Positions 25,813 through 31,172 of a stretch of DNA of 31,172 nt are shown here, piece after piece. Positions within the stretch are counted from its first letter, which is position 1, and each line of letters opens with the position of its first letter. A program made the translations under genes and the position numbers. The stretch spans positions 1-31,172 of the forward strand of contig CAIOGK010000037.1 in NCBI GenBank assembly GCA_903857815.1, in the 5' to 3' direction. Below the pieces are notes generated by a model. It saw only the letters and a list, made by a program, of their open reading frames with translations. It was not told the DNA's origin and did no database searches. The stretch comes from Candidatus Falkowbacteria bacterium. Lineage in GTDB: Bacteria; Patescibacteriota; Patescibacteriia; Patescibacteriales; UBA12465.

Positions 25813-25829
25813 ACAATTCTTTTATATAT

Positions 25830-26279
25830 TTATTTGCCTGGATTTATATTTTTCAACTTACGCCATTTATGAAGCGCTCTTTCTCTAGCCATTTCAACCT
25901 CAAGCTTAGCAGCGACTGCCGACCAATCATAATGATCTTCATGTTTAGCCTTTTCTTTTGATTCCTCGGCTCGTTTCTTAGCTTCAATAACTTGTACTTC
26001 ATCTAACTCAGCTCCCTTTTCTGCGGAATCAGCTAAAATAACAATTTTTTCTTTTAACACTTCAATAAACCCGCCAGAAACTGCAATAATTTCAGTTTCG
26101 CCATCAGCTAACTTTACTTCCACAACTCCCGGCTTTAAAATAGAAACCAAAGGGATGTGGTCTGGTAAAATTGTGATCTCTCCGCTCTGAGTTGGGGCAG
26201 TAATAGAAACAATGTCCTGCTTTAAAACAACACGTTCTGGAGTCACAATCTCAAATTTAATTGTTTTCTGATTGGCCAT
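25830..26279 (-). CDS. atpC: F1Fo ATP synthase epsilon subunit
   Basis: FEIVTPER, GEITILPDHIPL, AVSGGFIEV, ILAD; follows atpD. Confidence 0.95.
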   Translation of the reverse strand: MANQKTIKFEIVTPERVVLKQDIVSITAPTQSGEITILPDHIPLVSILKPGVVEVKLADGETEIIAVSGGFIEVLKEKIVILADSAEKGAELDEVQVIEAKKRAEESKEKAKHEDHYDWSAVAAKLEVEMARERALHKWRKLKNINPGK

Positions 26280-26291
26280 ATTAATTATTAT

Positions 26292-27689
<1,398 letters not shown>

Positions 27690-27692
27690 TTA

Positions 27693-28640
27693 TTAATCCA
27701 ATAAAGCATTAGCGCCGGCACTAATTTCTGCAATTTCTGCAGTAATACCAGCCTGTCTAGCCTTGTTATAAAATAATGTTAATTCTTTTACCATATCAGT
27801 CGCCGCTTCCGTTGCCTGATGCATAGCACTCATCCGGGCGCTATGTTCAGAAGCATTAGCCTCAAGCAATGCCTGAAAAATTTGTACTTCCAATAAGCGT
27901 GGAATAATTTGATTTAAAACTTCAACTGGATTTGGTTCAAAAATATATTCATTGGCTGATTGTGAATGCGAATGTTTTTCTTCTTTAACTTTAAGCATTT
28001 CTTTATCAACACTAACTTTAGAATCGCCAACAATACCTAAATATTTATCATCCGACTCTATTTCAATCGGTAAAAGTTGTTTAACTCTCGGAACTTGTTT
28101 AGCAGGACTAATAAAGTCAGTATAAGCAACAAAAACTTTATCATACTTCCCTGCTAAAAAATCGCTAATTGCTAATTTTACAATCGGCGTAACTTCTGAA
28201 GCATCTTTTACTAAATCGCTTTTTGGAAATTCAGCGGCAACTGTTTGATTTTGAGAATATACTAAAGATCCTTTCTTCCCAACAAGAATAAACTCAACCG
28301 GGACTTCAGAATGACTTTTAATTGAATCCTTGGCTTTATTAATAATTGCTGAGTTATAGCCACCACACATTCCGCGATTGGAAGTTACTAAAATAATGGC
28401 GGCCTTTTTTATTTCAGAGCGTTTAGTTAAAAGGGGATGTTGAACTTCATTATCTTTATTGGACATGGCCGATAAATTCAAAACAGTTTCCCAGCTCAAA
28501 TTAGCATAGGTTCTAGTCCTAAGCACTGCATCTACCGCTTTACGCATTTTAGCCGCCGCCACCATTTCCATCGCTCTGGTAATTTTTTTGGTGTTAGTGA
28601 TGGATTTAATTCGACGGGATATTTCCTTGGTTTTTGCCAT
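27693..28640 (-). CDS. atpG: F1Fo ATP synthase gamma subunit
   Basis: KITRAMEMVAAAKM, TSNRGMCG, ASEHSARM, NKARQAGITAEIAEI. Confidence 0.97.
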   Translation of the reverse strand: MAKTKEISRRIKSITNTKKITRAMEMVAAAKMRKAVDAVLRTRTYANLSWETVLNLSAMSNKDNEVQHPLLTKRSEIKKAAIILVTSNRGMCGGYNSAIINKAKDSIKSHSEVPVEFILVGKKGSLVYSQNQTVAAEFPKSDLVKDASEVTPIVKLAISDFLAGKYDKVFVAYTDFISPAKQVPRVKQLLPIEIESDDKYLGIVGDSKVSVDKEMLKVKEEKHSHSQSANEYIFEPNPVEVLNQIIPRLLEVQIFQALLEANASEHSARMSAMHQATEAATDMVKELTLFYNKARQAGITAEIAEISAGANALLD

Positions 28641-28641
28641 A

Positions 28642-30162
28642 TTAACTTAAATAATCCAATGTAGCCTTATAATCAATAACTAAACTTTTTATTTTACCCT
28701 CAATTTCTTCGTCGATTTCTTTTCTTTCAATAATCAACTTAGAAAAATCGCTATTAATATCAGAATATTTATACAATCCAGCTTCAAATTCTCTTACTTT
28801 TTCTACCGGAACGTTATCAAGATGACCATTAATTAAAGAATAATAAATCAGCACTTGTTTATCGACAGATAAAGGTTGATATTGGTCTTGTTTAAATACT
28901 TCATATAAACGCTTACCTCTTTCTAATTTACGGCTAGTATCTTCATCTAAATCAGAACCAAATTGAGCAAAGGCTGCTAATTCACGAAACTGAGCTGCTT
29001 CAAGACGCATTTTACCAGCAACCTTTTTCATCGCTTTAATTTGAGCGGAAGAGCCAACGCGAGAAACTGATAAACCGGCGTTAATCGCCGGACGATTCCC
29101 CTTATAAAACATTTCCGGTTCCAAAAATATTTGGCCATCGGTAATAGAAATAACGTTAGTTGGAATATAAGCAGAGATATCGCCTGCTTGAGTTTCAATA
29201 ATCGGTAAAGCAGTAATTGAACCGCCGCCATTTTCTTTATTCAATTTACAAGCTCTTTCAAGTAATCTGGAGTGTAAATAAAAAACATCACCCGGATAAG
29301 CTTCGCGTCCTGGTGGACGTCTTAACAATAAAGAAATTTCACGATATGAGACGGCATGCTTAGATAAATCATCATAAACAATTAAAACATCCTCACCTTT
29401 ATCTAAAAAGTATTCTCCCATCGCACAGCCGGCATAAGGAGCAATATACAATAATGAAGCTGGTGTAGAAGCGCCGGCTAAAACAATAGTTGTATATTCC
29501 ATCGCCCCAGCTTCTTCTAATTTTCGAAGAAGAGCAGCAATCTTAGATTCTTTTTGACCGATAGCAACATAAATACATTTCATGTTCTGGCCTTTCTGAT
29601 TAATAATAGCGTCAATCGCTAAAGCAGTTTTACCAAGTTGACGGTCGCCAATAATAAGTTCTCTCTGACCACGACCAATTGGAACCATCGCATCAATCGC
29701 TTTAATACCGGTTTGAACTGGCTCTTTAACTGAAGCGCGAGTAATAACGCCCGGAGCAATTTTTTCAACCGGATAAAATTTATTAGTTTCAATTTTTCCT
29801 TTACCATCCAAAGGTTGCCCTAAGGGGTCAACAACGCGACCAATTAAAGCTTCACCGACTGGGACTTCTAAAATTCTTCCCGTAGTATGAACTTCATCCC
29901 CCTCTTTAATAGCTGTGTAGTCGCCGAGAATAATCGCACCAACTTGGCTCTCTTCTAAATTTAAAGCAACGCTAGAAACATCGCCCTTATCGGTTTTGAA
30001 AGTTAAAATTTCACTCATCATCGCTTCGGATAATCCGGAAACAAGAGCAATGCCATCAGAAACTTTTAAAACTCGACCGACTGATTTTTCTTTAACTTCA
30101 GCCTTAAAACTAGAAATTTCTTCCTTAAGCTGATCGATAACGAAATCCTTTGTAGTTGACAT
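28642..30162 (-). CDS. atpA: F1Fo ATP synthase alpha subunit
   Basis: [51 protein letters not shown]. Confidence 0.98.
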   Translation of the reverse strand: MSTTKDFVIDQLKEEISSFKAEVKEKSVGRVLKVSDGIALVSGLSEAMMSEILTFKTDKGDVSSVALNLEESQVGAIILGDYTAIKEGDEVHTTGRILEVPVGEALIGRVVDPLGQPLDGKGKIETNKFYPVEKIAPGVITRASVKEPVQTGIKAIDAMVPIGRGQRELIIGDRQLGKTALAIDAIINQKGQNMKCIYVAIGQKESKIAALLRKLEEAGAMEYTTIVLAGASTPASLLYIAPYAGCAMGEYFLDKGEDVLIVYDDLSKHAVSYREISLLLRRPPGREAYPGDVFYLHSRLLERACKLNKENGGGSITALPIIETQAGDISAYIPTNVISITDGQIFLEPEMFYKGNRPAINAGLSVSRVGSSAQIKAMKKVAGKMRLEAAQFRELAAFAQFGSDLDEDTSRKLERGKRLYEVFKQDQYQPLSVDKQVLIYYSLINGHLDNVPVEKVREFEAGLYKYSDINSDFSKLIIERKEIDEEIEGKIKSLVIDYKATLDYLS

Positions 30163-30173
30163 ATTATTTTATG

Positions 30174-30575
30174 CTAATTACTAATTTTATTTTTTAAACC
30201 TGCTAAACTATTTTTTAAACTTCCATCTAAAATTTTACTACCATACTTTAGAATAAATCCTCCGATAATGCTCTGATCAACTTTTTCTGATAACTCAATT
30301 TTTTCGGCTCCCGTTTTTTCTTTCAAATATTTAACAATTAATTCTCGGGAAATTGAAGTCGCTTCCCTGGCGGTTGTTAATTCCGCCTCAATCTCTTTAT
30401 TTTCGTTATTCCAAATTTCACTAAAAATATTAATTATATCTTTAACTTTAGCAATATCATAATGCTGGCGAAGGGTTTGCACAAATTTAACAACTACTTC
30501 AGCGGCCTCCTTATCAGACTTGCCCTGAACTGATTCATACAAACTTTGTGCGTATTGTTTAACGGATATTCTCAT
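30174..30575 (-). CDS. atpH: F1Fo ATP synthase delta subunit (short form)
   Basis: KQYAQSL N-terminus, VDQSIIGGFILKYGSKILDGSL C-terminus; between atpF and atpA. Confidence 0.9.
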   Translation of the reverse strand: MRISVKQYAQSLYESVQGKSDKEAAEVVVKFVQTLRQHYDIAKVKDIINIFSEIWNNENKEIEAELTTAREATSISRELIVKYLKEKTGAEKIELSEKVDQSIIGGFILKYGSKILDGSLKNSLAGLKNKISN

Positions 30576-30577
30576 AA

Positions 30578-31066
30578 TTACTTAACCAACTTTTTAATTA
30601 AATCGTTATCCTTTTCACTATTCATTTTTTCATTTAAAACTTTTTCAACAGTTAAAATAACCAAACTAGCAACTTCACTTTTAATATCCTTCAGAGTTTC
30701 TGCTTTATCGCGAGCAATTTTTTCTTTTTCTTGAGCGATAACTTTACTAACTTCTTCCTTGGCCTTATTAACTAATTCTGTTTTTCTATCCTCACCGCGC
30801 AAATTAGCTTCTTCCATCAAGATGCTCGCTTGTTTTTTAGCGGCAGCAATTATCTCTTCTCTTTCTTTCTCAGTTAGTGCTAAACGTTTTTCAATCGCGT
30901 CAGCATCAGTTAAACTTTTTTCGATAGTTTTACTTCTTTCCGTCATAGTTTTTACTAACGGTTTAAAGATTAAAAAGTATAAAACAGAAAAAACAATCGC
31001 AAAGTTAATTAACTGAGCAATAAACAACTTATAGTCGATATGAAAGGTAGAAATTAATGATTCCAT
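30578..31066 (-). CDS. atpF: F1Fo ATP synthase b subunit
   Basis: FIAQLINFAIV TM, FKPL, ER...I long coiled coil. Confidence 0.93.
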   Translation of the reverse strand: MESLISTFHIDYKLFIAQLINFAIVFSVLYFLIFKPLVKTMTERSKTIEKSLTDADAIEKRLALTEKEREEIIAAAKKQASILMEEANLRGEDRKTELVNKAKEEVSKVIAQEKEKIARDKAETLKDIKSEVASLVILTVEKVLNEKMNSEKDNDLIKKLVK

Positions 31067-31090
31067 AAAATAAAAATTAAAAATTGAAAA

Positions 31091-31119
31091 TTGAAGATTA
31101 ATTAAAAACTAATCCTCAA
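31091..31119 (-). terminator. Stem-loop with U-rich tail between atpE and atpF (partial terminator or mRNA stabiliser)
   Basis: UUGAGGAUUAG/UUAAUCUUCAA 11-bp stem with two G-U pairs, followed by UUUUCAAUUUUU. Confidence 0.45.
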
Positions 31120-31134
31120 TCTTTCAAGCTTCAA

Positions 31135-31172
31135 TTATTTGATACTGAAAGCGATAACGAGCGCATAAATAG
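31135..31172 (-). CDS. atpE: F1Fo ATP synthase c subunit, 3' end only (not in the ORF track)
   Basis: Minus frame reads (A)IYALVIAFSIK* with TAA at 31137-31135, matching the c-subunit C-terminal helix, directly upstream of atpF. Confidence 0.85.
   Translation of the reverse strand, partial: IYALVIAFSIK

Noticed and set aside
31135-31172. Na+ versus H+ specificity of the ATP synthase
   Set aside because: The ion-binding residues of the c subunit lie outside the window

Overview
AT-rich, gene-dense bacterial chromosomal window read in standard code 11 (TGA acts as stop, e.g. the ATGA overlap at 16374-16377). Gene content, the short ATP synthase delta subunit and the near absence of Shine-Dalgarno sites suggest a Patescibacteria/Parcubacteria (CPR) genome; this is inference, not a database result. 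Order: ybaB-recR, small membrane ORF, rplU, murA-PEGA protein-small PII-like protein, DUF167-three GT2-galU, a deoxypyrimidine operon (dCMP deaminase, tandem-domain ThyX, unassigned P-loop kinase, Tmk-dUTPase fusion) followed by gatB, GT-C-miaB-miaA, a second GT-C-like protein, cytidylyltransferase-mltG-DUF3160, uppP, and the atp operon (partial atpE, atpFHAGDC) with a downstream beta-carbonic-anhydrase-like gene. No rRNA, tRNA, CRISPR array, mobile element or pseudogene was seen. Best leads: the CA-like gene at the end of the atp operon, the Tmk-dUTPase fusion and its operon, a SAM-lyase/DUF3574-like small protein, a head-to-head GT-C pair, and a structured rplU leader. All family calls are motif recognition by eye; no searches were run.
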